From contig CAWEPZ010000009.1 in the NCBI GenBank assembly GCA_963811105.1, positions 96,001-160,000 on the forward strand: a stretch of 64,000 bases of DNA, given 5' to 3'. Below, in pieces: positions 1 through 9,261 of this stretch (the first letter of the stretch is position 1; each line of letters starts with the position of its first letter). This DNA is from Candidatus Bathyarchaeota archaeon. Lineage in GTDB: Archaea; Thermoproteota; Bathyarchaeia; Bathyarchaeales; Bathycorpusculaceae. The translations under genes and the position numbers were made by a program. The notes below the pieces were generated by a model that was given only the letters and a program-made list of their open reading frames with translations, did not search any database and had not been told where the DNA came from.

Positions 1-378
1 GGAATGAAAGCTTCAATGAATGGAGTGATAAACCTTAGTATTCGCGACGGATGGTGGGACGAAGCATACAACGGCAAAAATGGGTGGGCAATAAACGATT
101 TTGACATGAGTCTTATGGACGAGGACAAAACAGATTCCGAATCGCTTTATAATCTTCTTGAAAACGAAATTGCACCTCTTTACTACGACCGCGACCGAAA
201 AGGAGTACCACATCAATGGATAAAAGTCGTCAAAGAGGCAATAAAAACTATTACTCCAGCCTTTAACGCTTGTCGAATGATGAAAGAATACACACTCCAA
301 ATGTACTTATCTGCCGTCGGACAGGCAGAAACAAAAAGTAATTCAATCGAGGGAAAAGAAATTGGAAACAGACAATAG
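1..378 (+). CDS. glgP: alpha-glucan (glycogen) phosphorylase, C-terminal part, truncated by window edge
   Basis: GMKASMNG-x-INLS-x-x-DGWWDE PLP-lysine region and FNA-x-RMMKEY C-terminal motif. Confidence 0.88.
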   Translation, partial: GMKASMNGVINLSIRDGWWDEAYNGKNGWAINDFDMSLMDEDKTDSESLYNLLENEIAPLYYDRDRKGVPHQWIKVVKEAIKTITPAFNACRMMKEYTLQMYLSAVGQAETKSNSIEGKEIGNRQ

Positions 379-1561
379 TTTTGCACAATTGTATTTCGAC
401 CGAGCAGAAGCTTTTATGATTACAATTAGTAGCGATGAGACCGTTATTGACATAAACAAAAAAGCATGCGAAATTCTTGGTTATTCAAGTGATAAAATTA
501 AGGGCAAAAATTGGTTTGATACCTTTGTACCAACCGCCAAAAGAATAGAAGCTAAACGTTTATTTCACGACGCCTTGAAAGGAAGTCTTAGTCACCTGCA
601 TTTTGAATATCCACTCATTACTAAACAAGGGGAAGAACGGACTTTTAACTTCCATAATTTACTTGTTGATGACGAAAAAGGCAATGTTATTGGCGTGATA
701 AGCTCAGGGGATGACGTTACAGAGAGAAGAATAAAAGAAAAATCATTAAAGGAGGTTGAAAACCGCCTCCAGGTCTCATTAGATTACATGATTGAAGCCT
801 GCCAAATTATCGATTATGACTGGCGTTATGTATATGTAAATGAGGCTGCAGCTAAACAAGGACGCAAAACTAAACAAGAATTATTAGGGTACACAATGAT
901 GCAAGCTTATCCAGGCATAGAAAAAACAGAAATGTTCAATCATCTACGAAACTGCATGGTAAATCGTATACAGCATCAATTGGATAATGAATTTACATTT
1001 CCAGATGGATCCAAAGGTTGGTTTGAACTTCACATAGACCCCGTACCAGAAGGAATACTGATTTTGTCCATTGACATTACCAAGAACAAAGCAGTAGAAG
1101 CTGAGCTAAACAAATATCGTTATCGCCTTGAGCATGTAGTGGCAGAGCGCACAGCTGAATGCGCGAAAGCAAAAGAAAACCTAACGCGTTCGCAGCAAGA
1201 ACACCAAAGGACTTTACAGGGGCTTAAACTAAGAGCAACGATCCTAGATAACGTTGGGGAAGCCATATTTCTGCTAAACGACAAAGGAGCTTTTGAATAT
1301 GCCAACGAAGCAGCGTCAAAAGCATATGGCTACAGTCTCGATGAACTCCTGAATATGAATATTCGCTCGCTTTTGCCTCGGGCCGATGCACTCTCAGTGG
1401 ATTCATTTCTTAGACATGTTGTTGAAAAAGGTGAAACGAGCCTAGAAATGATTCATTTGCGGAAAAATAATTCTTCAATGCATGTGAAACTATACTCCAA
1501 TAAGGTTAAGACGTTACATGGGCAATTCATTGTTGTTGTTATCCGTGAAAGTTACGCATGA
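362..1561 (+). CDS. multi-PAS sensory protein (3 PAS domains plus coiled coil), no output domain
   Basis: three N-x-x-A...GY PAS S-box signatures and an LEHVVAERTAE linker; no HisKA or HATPase motifs. Confidence 0.85.
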   Translation: METDNSFAQLYFDRAEAFMITISSDETVIDINKKACEILGYSSDKIKGKNWFDTFVPTAKRIEAKRLFHDALKGSLSHLHFEYPLITKQGEERTFNFHNLLVDDEKGNVIGVISSGDDVTERRIKEKSLKEVENRLQVSLDYMIEACQIIDYDWRYVYVNEAAAKQGRKTKQELLGYTMMQAYPGIEKTEMFNHLRNCMVNRIQHQLDNEFTFPDGSKGWFELHIDPVPEGILILSIDITKNKAVEAELNKYRYRLEHVVAERTAECAKAKENLTRSQQEHQRTLQGLKLRATILDNVGEAIFLLNDKGAFEYANEAASKAYGYSLDELLNMNIRSLLPRADALSVDSFLRHVVEKGETSLEMIHLRKNNSSMHVKLYSNKVKTLHGQFIVVVIRESYA

Positions 1562-1697
1562 CATCAATAACATAAATACCGCCTCGACATTGTATGCGCG
1601 GATTCTCTGCTTATCAAGGTTAGTTGGACTCAAGAAATAGAATTAATTAGCAATTGAAAAAGTGGGTTCTTCAAACGAAATTTGTTTTTGTGAAGAA

Positions 1698-1829
1698 TTA
1701 CTTTTTGCCTTTGCCGGAGTGTTTTGCTGGAAGTGAAACCTGCTTTTTCTGTTTTCGTTTCTGGTCTTTTTCTCGCTGTAATTGCTTGTGCTTTTCCAGG
1801 CCTTCAGCTTTCTTTACTTTTTTAGACAA
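1698..1829 (-). CDS. 43-aa Lys-rich small protein (MSKKVKKAEGLEKHKQLQREKDQKRKQKKQVSLPAKHSGKGKK)
   Basis: manual translation; TTG start after GGTTGA SD-like motif; below ORF-track cutoff. Confidence 0.55.
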   Translation of the reverse strand: MSKKVKKAEGLEKHKQLQREKDQKRKQKKQVSLPAKHSGKGKK

Positions 1830-1948
1830 ATATATCAACCTTGGCAGGCATTAGAAAACAACCGAACTCAAAAACCTTCTGCTTTAAACAGTCGCCAGCT
1901 AAATTTTAATACATAGAAGTCTAAGCTAAAATCAGAGAGGTAAGCAAT

Positions 1949-2104
1949 TTGTCAATTGTTAAAAAAAACTGTCCCAAATGTGGCTCGCAAAATGTACAGA
2001 AAAATAAAAATCAAGAGTACCGTTGTATCGAATGCGGAGAAACGTTCTATTTTGTTACCCCAGAATGCGGTTCTCAAACCAATCTTGAACGATACAAACT
2101 TTAA
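1949..2104 (+). CDS. 51-aa zinc-ribbon protein (CPKC...CIEC)
   Basis: manual translation MSIVKKNCPKCGSQNVQKNKNQEYRCIECGETFYF...; GAGGT SD before TTG. Confidence 0.7.
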   Translation: MSIVKKNCPKCGSQNVQKNKNQEYRCIECGETFYFVTPECGSQTNLERYKL

Positions 2105-2408
2105 CAACATAAATTAGCGTCTATTACCTTCAACCAAAAACAAATAATTTAGAACTGATTTTCTGATAGAGCGGAGTCATTCTTGATTTGAGCATTTTTG
2201 TTTTTGTTTGTTTTAATTTGGGAAATCGCCTAAATACTTTTCAATATTATTGTGAAATACAGAAAAAAATATGTCAACATATCTGAAGAAATCTCGATTC
2301 ACAATTCCACAAAACTGCAAGATAGGCTAGCGAGGACGCTTATTGGAAAAAATCATGCATAGTTCGTTACCAGAAAATGAAATGACCAAAAAAAATGGTG
2401 GAAATAAA

Positions 2409-2906
2409 ATGTTCAGAGATAGAGAAGAAATGCGGCGTAGGGTACAGGAAATAGTTGAGAAGTTTCGCCAAAAAGGTGCAACAACCCCGGAAAAAGCCAT
2501 GAGCCTTCGTGAGTTGGATCTGCCTCCGCGTTTTGAACAAGCCATGAATCGAAGACTTGGCCAATTAGGCATTTTTGTCGAATTAAACGGCAGATACTAT
2601 CTTAATGAAGAACGTCTTAAACAAATGGAAGACCAACGAGCCAATATGCAGTCTGGACGAGGGCGAAGTGGTGGCTTGAATAGTTCGTCCCCGCCGACGT
2701 GGTATCGAATTGTTGGAATTGTCCTTATGTTACCCTTCGGCATTATCATAACACTGGTATTGTTTTACTTTGTCGGCTTCGAGGGAGGATACTTCCCAGG
2801 AGAATTTCTCATAATTTTATTAATTATCTTCCTAGTATTGTTTGCGGTACGATTGTTGTTCCGAAGCTCAAGAAGGAGATATTATCGTGAACAGAATAAC
2901 ATCTGA
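2409..2906 (+). CDS. hypothetical membrane protein (soluble helical N-terminus, two C-terminal TM helices)
   Basis: ORF track; two hydrophobic segments and a basic tail. Confidence 0.75.
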   Translation: MFRDREEMRRRVQEIVEKFRQKGATTPEKAMSLRELDLPPRFEQAMNRRLGQLGIFVELNGRYYLNEERLKQMEDQRANMQSGRGRSGGLNSSSPPTWYRIVGIVLMLPFGIIITLVLFYFVGFEGGYFPGEFLIILLIIFLVLFAVRLLFRSSRRRYYREQNNI

Positions 2907-2936
2907 TTGCCTAATTCGACAATTTAAATTGGTTGA

Positions 2937-3174
2937 GGTAGGCCGGATCGGGCTTACCCCCTAAACAGACTGTGAGAACTCAAATCGGGTTCAAAAACTT
3001 ACATTAAGTGCATAATGAATCGTTATTTAGGCCAACATTATTTGCCTGAAACCAGCAATTTTCTGAAATCAAAATTAGTTTTCATACGGTCTCTAAAGAT
3101 CTAGGTACGTTTGCTCAACCAACTGGTTAAGGCTGTTTTTGTAAATTTCGACCAAGGTTTGAAGCTGGCCGTCC
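2937..3174 (-). repeat. degenerate reverse copy of the tRNA-Phe module end sequence, interrupted by a MITE
   Basis: reverse complement reads GACGGCCAGCTTCAAACCTTGGTCGAAA...[MITE]TTTAGGGGGTAAGCCCGATCCGGCCTACC, matching 55271-55378. Confidence 0.75.
2966..3093. mobile_element. 128-bp MITE related to the IS1182 element at 48483-50294
   Basis: ends CAGACTGTGAGAACT and AGTTTTCATACGGTCTC resemble the IS TIR CAGACTGTGT(A/G)AAAACT; TAAA duplicated at 2962-2965 and 3094-3097. Confidence 0.8.
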
Positions 3175-3214
3175 GTAGTCCAAAACGGGTGGGTGTTCAA
3201 GCCGCAAGCTCTCT

Positions 3215-3241
3215 TGGTGCCGTGGAACGGATTCGATCCCC
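3215..3241 (-). pseudogene. tRNA 3'-end fragment (possible att scar)
   Basis: reverse complement GGATCGAATCCGTTCCACGGCACCA: T-loop-like GAATCC plus ACCA; 18/25 identical in register to the 3' end of tRNA-Val(GAC). Confidence 0.5.
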
Positions 3242-3587
3242 AATTCTTTAGCAGACATAGTTTAACGTTAATTTATTGTCATAACGTAAATCTTATATCT
3301 TACTATTGATTATATAAGTGTAAAAAGCAATGTTCAATTGTGTTGCCATACCACAGGATGAACGATAAAATGAATAATCAATCTCGGTGTTGTAAGGAAA
3401 AGCTGGATAATAGTACCATTAAGATAGTTGTATCGCTAAACGATGTCTCACTTGAAGTAAGAAAAAAAGCAGCCAGCGAACCAATTTACATTACTCATTT
3501 GTAAGCAACTACGCACATGATAGTAAGCGAGCTCGCTAAGCTAGCCAAAAGCTGAAATTGGAGAGAAAAGTTTGGATAACGTGCTAA

Positions 3588-3960
3588 ATGAGAATTTGAG
3601 CAAATTTTTCTCAAAGAAAAACCGAATTTTCAGTCTGGGCACCTTACAAAAGTAAACTCTCAGTTGTTCTTCCAAAAAAGTGAGACCCAGAGAATAGGCA
3701 AAGTTGATAACGGGTATTGTCTCTTAGAAATTGAAGGAATAAAACCTGATACCCGATATCAATTTCGTTTGAATGATAAAATAGATAGATCGGATCCCGC
3801 CTCACATTTTCAACCTGAAGGCGTCTTTGGTTTATCATCAGTTATTGATCATTCGTCTTTCCTTTGGACAGACAATGACTGGGTTGGAATAAAGCTGAAA
3901 AATATGGGTAATGTACGAATTACATGTCGGCTCTTTCAGCGGACAGTGTACTTTTGCTGG
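3588..3960 (+). pseudogene. treZ: malto-oligosyltrehalose trehalohydrolase N-terminal remnant
   Basis: FSVWAP, DPASHFQPEGVFG-x-S, F-x-WTD-x-x-W and YELHVG motifs spread over different frames, with stops. Confidence 0.8.
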
Positions 3961-4314
3961 CGTAAAGAGTCTGAACAAGAAATGATAAATGTCAAACAGA
4001 CTTGGTCTTAGACAAGAAGTCTGTTCTTGGTTGCTGCCTCTTTTGATTTCGTTTTTTAAACAAGCTCCAAAATCTGGGTTCTGCTATCTTGATTGTCAAT
4101 CCATTAATGAATTTTGTAAGCTGCCTCATAACATGGTCGTAGATTGGTGTGCAGCCAATTCATTTTCAATTCAGTAATAAGTAGCCTGTTCAACGAAAAA
4201 ACAGCCTTGCTGAGATACTATTTAAACTTAAAGTTGTTAAAAAACAACAATCCTTAATTCTTTGATTGATCCTTCAAGTGAAGGTTTATTGTTTAGAGAG
4301 AGGCGAAAAATGAA

Positions 4315-4437
4315 ATGTTATCACGTGATTGTGATGGTTGTTCTACGTTGTTTGAGTGTAAACAACGTTTTGAAAAAGTGACTGTAGGCGAAAAAGTCTT
4401 TTGCCCCGATGGCACAGCTCATCTAGTCGACGGCTAA
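4315..4437 (+). CDS. 40-aa Cys/His microprotein (MLSRDCDGCSTLFECKQRFEKVTVGEKVFCPDGTAHLVDG)
   Basis: manual translation; GAGG SD; CxxC...C...CPDG-x-x-H pattern. Confidence 0.6.
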   Translation: MLSRDCDGCSTLFECKQRFEKVTVGEKVFCPDGTAHLVDG

Positions 4438-4570
4438 ATCCTCAAACTAAGTATTAGGTTCAATATTTCTCCAAAATTCATCACCCTTCTTTCTTCCCTG
4501 ATATATTCCAAGCTTGAAACATCTCTTAAATAACGCACTCAACACCAAGTGTTGAGGAGCAGTGGTTGGA

Positions 4571-4708
4571 ATGACCTGTAAGAGCTTTAAATCCTGTGCT
4601 AACTTTCACATCGGAGACTACGATTGTGATCACTGTCCAGAGTCTGGGAAATGTAATAAGTTCGTTGAAAAATATACGCCTCAAACCTGCCTATCTTCCT
4701 TTACATAA
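4571..4708 (+). CDS. 45-aa Cys-rich microprotein (MTCKSFKSCANFHIGDYDCDHCPESGKCNKF...)
   Basis: manual translation; GAGGAG SD-like motif upstream; 6 Cys. Confidence 0.5.
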   Translation: MTCKSFKSCANFHIGDYDCDHCPESGKCNKFVEKYTPQTCLSSFT

Positions 4709-5142
4709 CGCTCAGAGATTCTGATCTGCAAGTCCATAAGTAAAGCCCAGTCTTTAGCTTGTTCTGAGTTTCTTTGATTTTTTTTGTTTTCATTCTCTGC
4801 ATATCCTGTTGTGAACACATTTAGTTCAAAGTCTATGAGGTAAACCCACCGGTTGAAAGAATAGATCCGGCTATTGTAGGATACCCCATAATTGGGAAAG
4901 ACAATGGAAACGAAGTAGTCAAAGATGAAGTGCGGATTCGTCCTAGGAATCTGGGGCAAAGACATAGAACAAATTAGCACTGTCTTTTCAAAACCGGCGC
5001 CAAAAGTGAAAAGTAATTAAAAAAGCACTCTTGAATCAACCGAACCCACAAAACCCAACGAGAACCCAGAAAAGATTCCAGGGTAGTCTTCAGAGAGATT
5101 TCGGAGAAAGAGTTTTATCTGTTAACAGGTAAAAAATAAGCG

Positions 5143-5661
5143 GTGTCTCAAATGCCTTTTTGGAGCAAGAACAAAGTAACCTCTAGCGATGGCAAAACAT
5201 CTCCTGTTAAGCCCATAATTAATGACTCATTAGTAGCTAAGCTAGTTTCAGATATTAGCGCCGATTTAACTTGCGGTCTACAGCAGGCTGTTGATATCGC
5301 TGAAAGGGGTGATTATGAAGGCATTGAGGCGATGCGGGAAGCTATAAAGTTAAGAAGCGGGAAAAAAGAAGTTAATTTTTATGAAGCTGGGCTTCGTATA
5401 GGTAACGGTGAAGATTTTTACAAGCGAAAAGAAGACGCGCCTAAGAAGATTCTCGAGCTTGCAAAAAAACATGCTTTACTTAAGGACCTCTACTACTCTG
5501 GAGATTTGATTACAGCTGTTATGTCTTTTTTTGAAGCAGATTCTTTGCGAAATTTGTTAATGGAAATTTTTAAAGTGGGTGGAACACGTGAAGCATTTAA
5601 TTTTCAACTAGTTTATAATGAAATACGATGCACTTCCAAAATTAATAAGCTGAAGTCTTAG
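5143..5661 (+). CDS. hypothetical protein
   Basis: 172-aa ORF with normal composition. Confidence 0.7.
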   Translation: MSQMPFWSKNKVTSSDGKTSPVKPIINDSLVAKLVSDISADLTCGLQQAVDIAERGDYEGIEAMREAIKLRSGKKEVNFYEAGLRIGNGEDFYKRKEDAPKKILELAKKHALLKDLYYSGDLITAVMSFFEADSLRNLLMEIFKVGGTREAFNFQLVYNEIRCTSKINKLKS

Positions 5662-5767
5662 GTAAAACACTGAGATAGTGAGGAAATTTTTATAGTCAAA
5701 CCTTGCTACACATATTTAATATTCCGAAGTCCTGCAAAAGAAAAATCAAGGAAGTTTAGTGCTCGAA

Positions 5768-6253
5768 TTATTTGACAATTAGCACGGTGCATTTTGCTTG
5801 GTGGACGATTCTTTCGCTTGTACTACCAAGAAGGAATTCTTTGATTTCGCTTTCCCCCATATGACCTACTACTATTAAATCAAACCCGCCATTTGCAGCA
5901 GTTCTAATTATCTGGGACGGCGTGTTTCCTTCTTTGAGTTCAGTGGTGATTTTAAGCATGGGTTTAAGTTTAATCGCCCTTTCAGCGGCATTTGACAAAA
6001 CTGCTTCATGCACTTTTTGAAGGTCTTTGATAAAGGCAGACATATTCGACTGGTCACCGATTGTATCTTGAGGATATCCGGACGCTGGAAACTGCGAAGA
6101 CATGTTTGCCCGGTATCCCGATTCTGGAGGTGGCTGAAAAACGTTGAGAATTAGAATTGATGCAGAAAACTTATCAGCGATTTCAAGAGCATAATCCAAA
6201 GCCTTTTCAGAGTCTTTAGAGCCGTCTACACCCACAAGAATTTTTGTTATCAA
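5768..6253 (-). CDS. universal stress protein (UspA family)
   Basis: KILVGVDGS-x-x-S-x-KAL, DLIVVG and LLGSTSERIVH-x-A-x-C-x-VLIVK motifs. Confidence 0.95.
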   Translation of the reverse strand: MITKILVGVDGSKDSEKALDYALEIADKFSASILILNVFQPPPESGYRANMSSQFPASGYPQDTIGDQSNMSAFIKDLQKVHEAVLSNAAERAIKLKPMLKITTELKEGNTPSQIIRTAANGGFDLIVVGHMGESEIKEFLLGSTSERIVHQAKCTVLIVK

Positions 6254-6644
6254 ACGGTAGTTCCTCTAAGTTTAATTTGTAATGGAAGTTCATAGCTTTT
6301 TCGAATCTGAGCGATCGCTCTGTGATTATGTAATACGGACATTAGTTTAGAAATTAGAAATTTAGAAAATTCATGTATTCTTCAAAAATCGAAAATAAAT
6401 TATTGAAATGAGTGTCTCATCACAAGACCAGATTTATAACAGAAAGTTCCCTCTGGACCCGCACGGGTGCAAATGGGGAACAAAAGCAATGTTGTTTGTA
6501 CTGAGACAAAGAATAAGTCGATAAATCCAGAGTTGGGCTTCAACCTCAGCAATAACATTCGAAAATCAATTGAAACAGCTAATCTCACAGTTTTCGAACA
6601 CCCAATCTACACATAATGGTTTACCATCTAAAAATGAAGCTTTG

Positions 6645-6722
6645 TGGTGGGCCGGACCGGATTCGGACCGGCGACCTTCTGCACGTCAAGCAGATGTCCT
6701 AACCAGGCTAGACGACCGGCCC
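6645..6722 (-). tRNA. tRNA-Val(GAC), CCA encoded
   Basis: cloverleaf GGGCCGG...CCGGCCC ACCA; anticodon arm TCTGC-TT-GAC-GT-GCAGA; T loop reads TCCGAAT. Confidence 0.93.
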
Positions 6723-6914
6723 ACAATGATATTTTTTATTCTGTTTTTTCTATATAGACTCTTCGTCTTTTTTTGACGCGATGCATATTGAAAATTCCCC
6801 GCTTCTATTAATCTATTTCCCAATTTCTCGATGCACTCGGAGCATTTCCTATGATAAAATGACAGCAGTTTTAAGCTACTTAATCATATATAACAACAAA
6901 CTGGGGTAAGGGCT

Positions 6915-8165
6915 ATGGCAACCGATGAAGTGCTAACTTTGCTTCTTGATTTCATAAACAAAAACTCAAACGCTGCTGACGTCCAATGGGATCGACGCAT
7001 GAGTCCACGGTTGCTGTTTAACCCGTACTCAGAGAAGTATGAGGAACGCAAGATTATTGCTCATTACTTTCTGTTGGCTGCCTCTATACTTGATGATACT
7101 GTCATCGGTTACCCTGAAAATGCCCGAATGTTGTTGTCATATCTGCATGAAGCCTTCGGAAACAGTTTTTTCGAAATAAAAAAAGGGCATATTTTTGAAG
7201 AAGAAATAGTAAAATGCGATTTTTACAACGATTTAGGGCCAAACAAAAAAGCAGCATCCGAAATTATTGCGGCCGTTAACCTATTTGTAAAGGAAAAAGC
7301 AGAAAGGAACCTACTGAAATATGCTCAAAGATTCAATAAACCTAAGGCTTTTATCGATGACATTTCTCAAAACCTCAAAGCACTCAGTGGGCCACATATG
7401 GATAAGGCATGGATTTACATGAGGTGGATGGTGCGGCCCTTACCGGACTTGCAGATTTATGATCATTTTTTGCCAGAAGACCTCTACGTTCCATTAACCA
7501 TAGAAAATGCTAACGTAGCTGCAAGCTTAGGTTTAATATGTTCAGCTTCACCCTCGTTGTGGCGAGATGAACGCTCAGCCGCAGAAGCACGGCAGAAAAT
7601 AACTAACTTTGCAAAACGTCTTTTTCCTCAAGACCCTGCAAAAGTTGATTACCCCTTTTCCCTCCTAGGCAGATGGCTAAAACAAAAAACCTTAAACCGT
7701 TACACCTTGAAAACTGCACTTGACTTCCTTGAACGCATGCAAACAATAACTGGGCAATCCCAAGCTTACTACCAAAAAATGAGTCGATACAAAAGCGGAT
7801 GGGAGAAAAAAACAGCTCTTACTCTTCTAAAAATGCATATTTCTTTTGGGTACGAAACCATAAGTTTTCCATTGCCCAACAATGAAGTTTATACTCCTGA
7901 TTTTATTTTAGAAAAGAAACTTCATGGAAGAAAAATAATTCTTGAACCTCACTTTGAAATGACCAAAAGGCAAGCTCAGAAATATGCCTTATTCAAAAGG
8001 ACTTATGGTCATGAGTTCTTACTGATTCTTCTGCTTAAAAATGATTTAATCCCCATGTATCATCAACGCAAAATATTAACCGATGATGTCTGCGATGACG
8101 TATGGCCGATTGAATTCATCCATTTGTTGGCTGAAAAAATTAGAAGAGGCACCTACGGCGAGTAA
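6915..8165 (+). CDS. DUF2400-like (HhH-GPD-related) domain fused to a T7 endonuclease I-like PD-(D/E)xK nuclease
   Basis: YMRWMVR, VPL, A-x-LGL and P-x-DPAKVDY motifs, then YKSGWE...YE...YTPDFIL...ILEPH. Confidence 0.7.
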   Translation: MATDEVLTLLLDFINKNSNAADVQWDRRMSPRLLFNPYSEKYEERKIIAHYFLLAASILDDTVIGYPENARMLLSYLHEAFGNSFFEIKKGHIFEEEIVKCDFYNDLGPNKKAASEIIAAVNLFVKEKAERNLLKYAQRFNKPKAFIDDISQNLKALSGPHMDKAWIYMRWMVRPLPDLQIYDHFLPEDLYVPLTIENANVAASLGLICSASPSLWRDERSAAEARQKITNFAKRLFPQDPAKVDYPFSLLGRWLKQKTLNRYTLKTALDFLERMQTITGQSQAYYQKMSRYKSGWEKKTALTLLKMHISFGYETISFPLPNNEVYTPDFILEKKLHGRKIILEPHFEMTKRQAQKYALFKRTYGHEFLLILLLKNDLIPMYHQRKILTDDVCDDVWPIEFIHLLAEKIRRGTYGE

Positions 8166-8235
8166 ACCTCTGAAATCACAATGTAAAAAGCTTGGTTAAT
8201 TAACCTGCATTACTCTCTATTGCGAAGATGGATCA

Positions 8236-8619
8236 ATGGAGCAAAACAATTTCAAATCTTATGTCGTATGGCTTATAATCAACGGAAAACCTGAAGAAGC
8301 CCTCGAATTGCTCGCAAAAAACTATAGGGTTAATGTTCCCGACCTTAAAGTCGGCTTGCCGAAAAAACACAAAATTAAAGCATACGGCTGCTACACAAAC
8401 AAAAACCAAACAATCGCAGTCCAAAACAGCGACATTCTCGTAAACCCCTTCGTTATCATTCACGAGTTTTACCATCACCTACGCAGTAAGGGTGCTGATC
8501 GAATGCACAAGGGGACAGAGGGCAATGCTGACAAATTCGCTCTTGATTTCTTACAAGAATATCAGAGGTTTATAATTACTCAAAATCTTTCTCAGAATCG
8601 TAACCAATCGGACCAGTAA
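8236..8619 (+). CDS. small zincin-like protein (HExxH)
   Basis: IIHEFYHHL motif followed by E-x-NADKFA. Confidence 0.7.
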   Translation: MEQNNFKSYVVWLIINGKPEEALELLAKNYRVNVPDLKVGLPKKHKIKAYGCYTNKNQTIAVQNSDILVNPFVIIHEFYHHLRSKGADRMHKGTEGNADKFALDFLQEYQRFIITQNLSQNRNQSDQ

Positions 8620-9001
8620 TCTCAATTGGTAATTTTTCAGCGTTAGAATCGTAAGCGACTACGCAGCTTTCTCCTTCAAAAGGGTAGCCAACAATCATAA
8701 GGATTCTTCCAAAGAAATAGTTCATGTCCACGTGACTAGGTGAAATGTTACCTGAGGGATGCGAGTGCACCGTACCTACTAGCGAGAAATCCCCCGAAAA
8801 CATATAAGGATTAAAATGTGCAAAGCCGCGTCCATGAACAGAGAAAGGAGCCAAAACAAGGTCTGTTATTTTGATCGTGTCTTTGCTTTTTTTGCCCCTT
8901 AAAAGCAGAAAGCTTTCTCGAGGGTAAAGTTGTTTAGCACCCGTGTAAATCGTGTCTAGAATGTCTTTTGGCACCTGAACAACTGTTGTTTTTGCTACCA
9001 T
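8576..9001 (-). CDS. JAB/MPN (Mov34) metalloprotease domain protein
   Basis: N-terminal Glu plus HSHPSG-x-x-x-PS-x-x-D JAMM motif. Confidence 0.92.
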   Translation of the reverse strand: MVAKTTVVQVPKDILDTIYTGAKQLYPRESFLLLRGKKSKDTIKITDLVLAPFSVHGRGFAHFNPYMFSGDFSLVGTVHSHPSGNISPSHVDMNYFFGRILMIVGYPFEGESCVVAYDSNAEKLPIEITGPIGYDSEKDFE

Positions 9002-9146
9002 GAAAAAAAAGTGTCAGTATTGGTTAATTACTCTTACTAAACATACTCTTGTTGGCATTAAATCATAAGTCAAAAAAACCTTAATTTCAGGAACTATTCG
9101 GTAAACATTTTAAGAGCGAGCGAAATAGAAGTGTTAATTTGTAAGT

Positions 9147-9231
9147 GCCGAGGTGGCAGAGTGGTTAACGCGCGGGCCTTGAGAGCCCGTGGAACATCCG
9201 TTCCGCATGGGTTCGAATCCCATCCTCGGCG
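9147..9231 (+). tRNA. tRNA-Ser(TGA)
   Basis: GCCGAGG...CCTCGGC G; anticodon arm CGGGC-CT-TGA-GA-GCCCG; long variable arm GGAAC-ATCC-GTTCC; GTTCGAATCC. Confidence 0.96.
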
Positions 9232-9232
9232 C

Positions 9233-9252
9233 CTCTTATAGTGATATAAGAG
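9233..9252 (+). other. perfect hairpin immediately after tRNA-Ser
   Basis: CTCTTATA-GTGA-TATAAGAG. Confidence 0.5.
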
Positions 9253-9261
9253 AGCCTCCAA

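Noticed and set aside
6570-6776. ORFs overlapping tRNAs (also 41740-41922)
   Set aside because: Antisense shadows of tRNA genes.
9147-9231. tRNA-Ser(TGA) as a selenocysteine or suppressor tRNA
   Set aside because: Anticodon TGA reads UCA (Ser), and the arm lengths are normal for tRNA-Ser.
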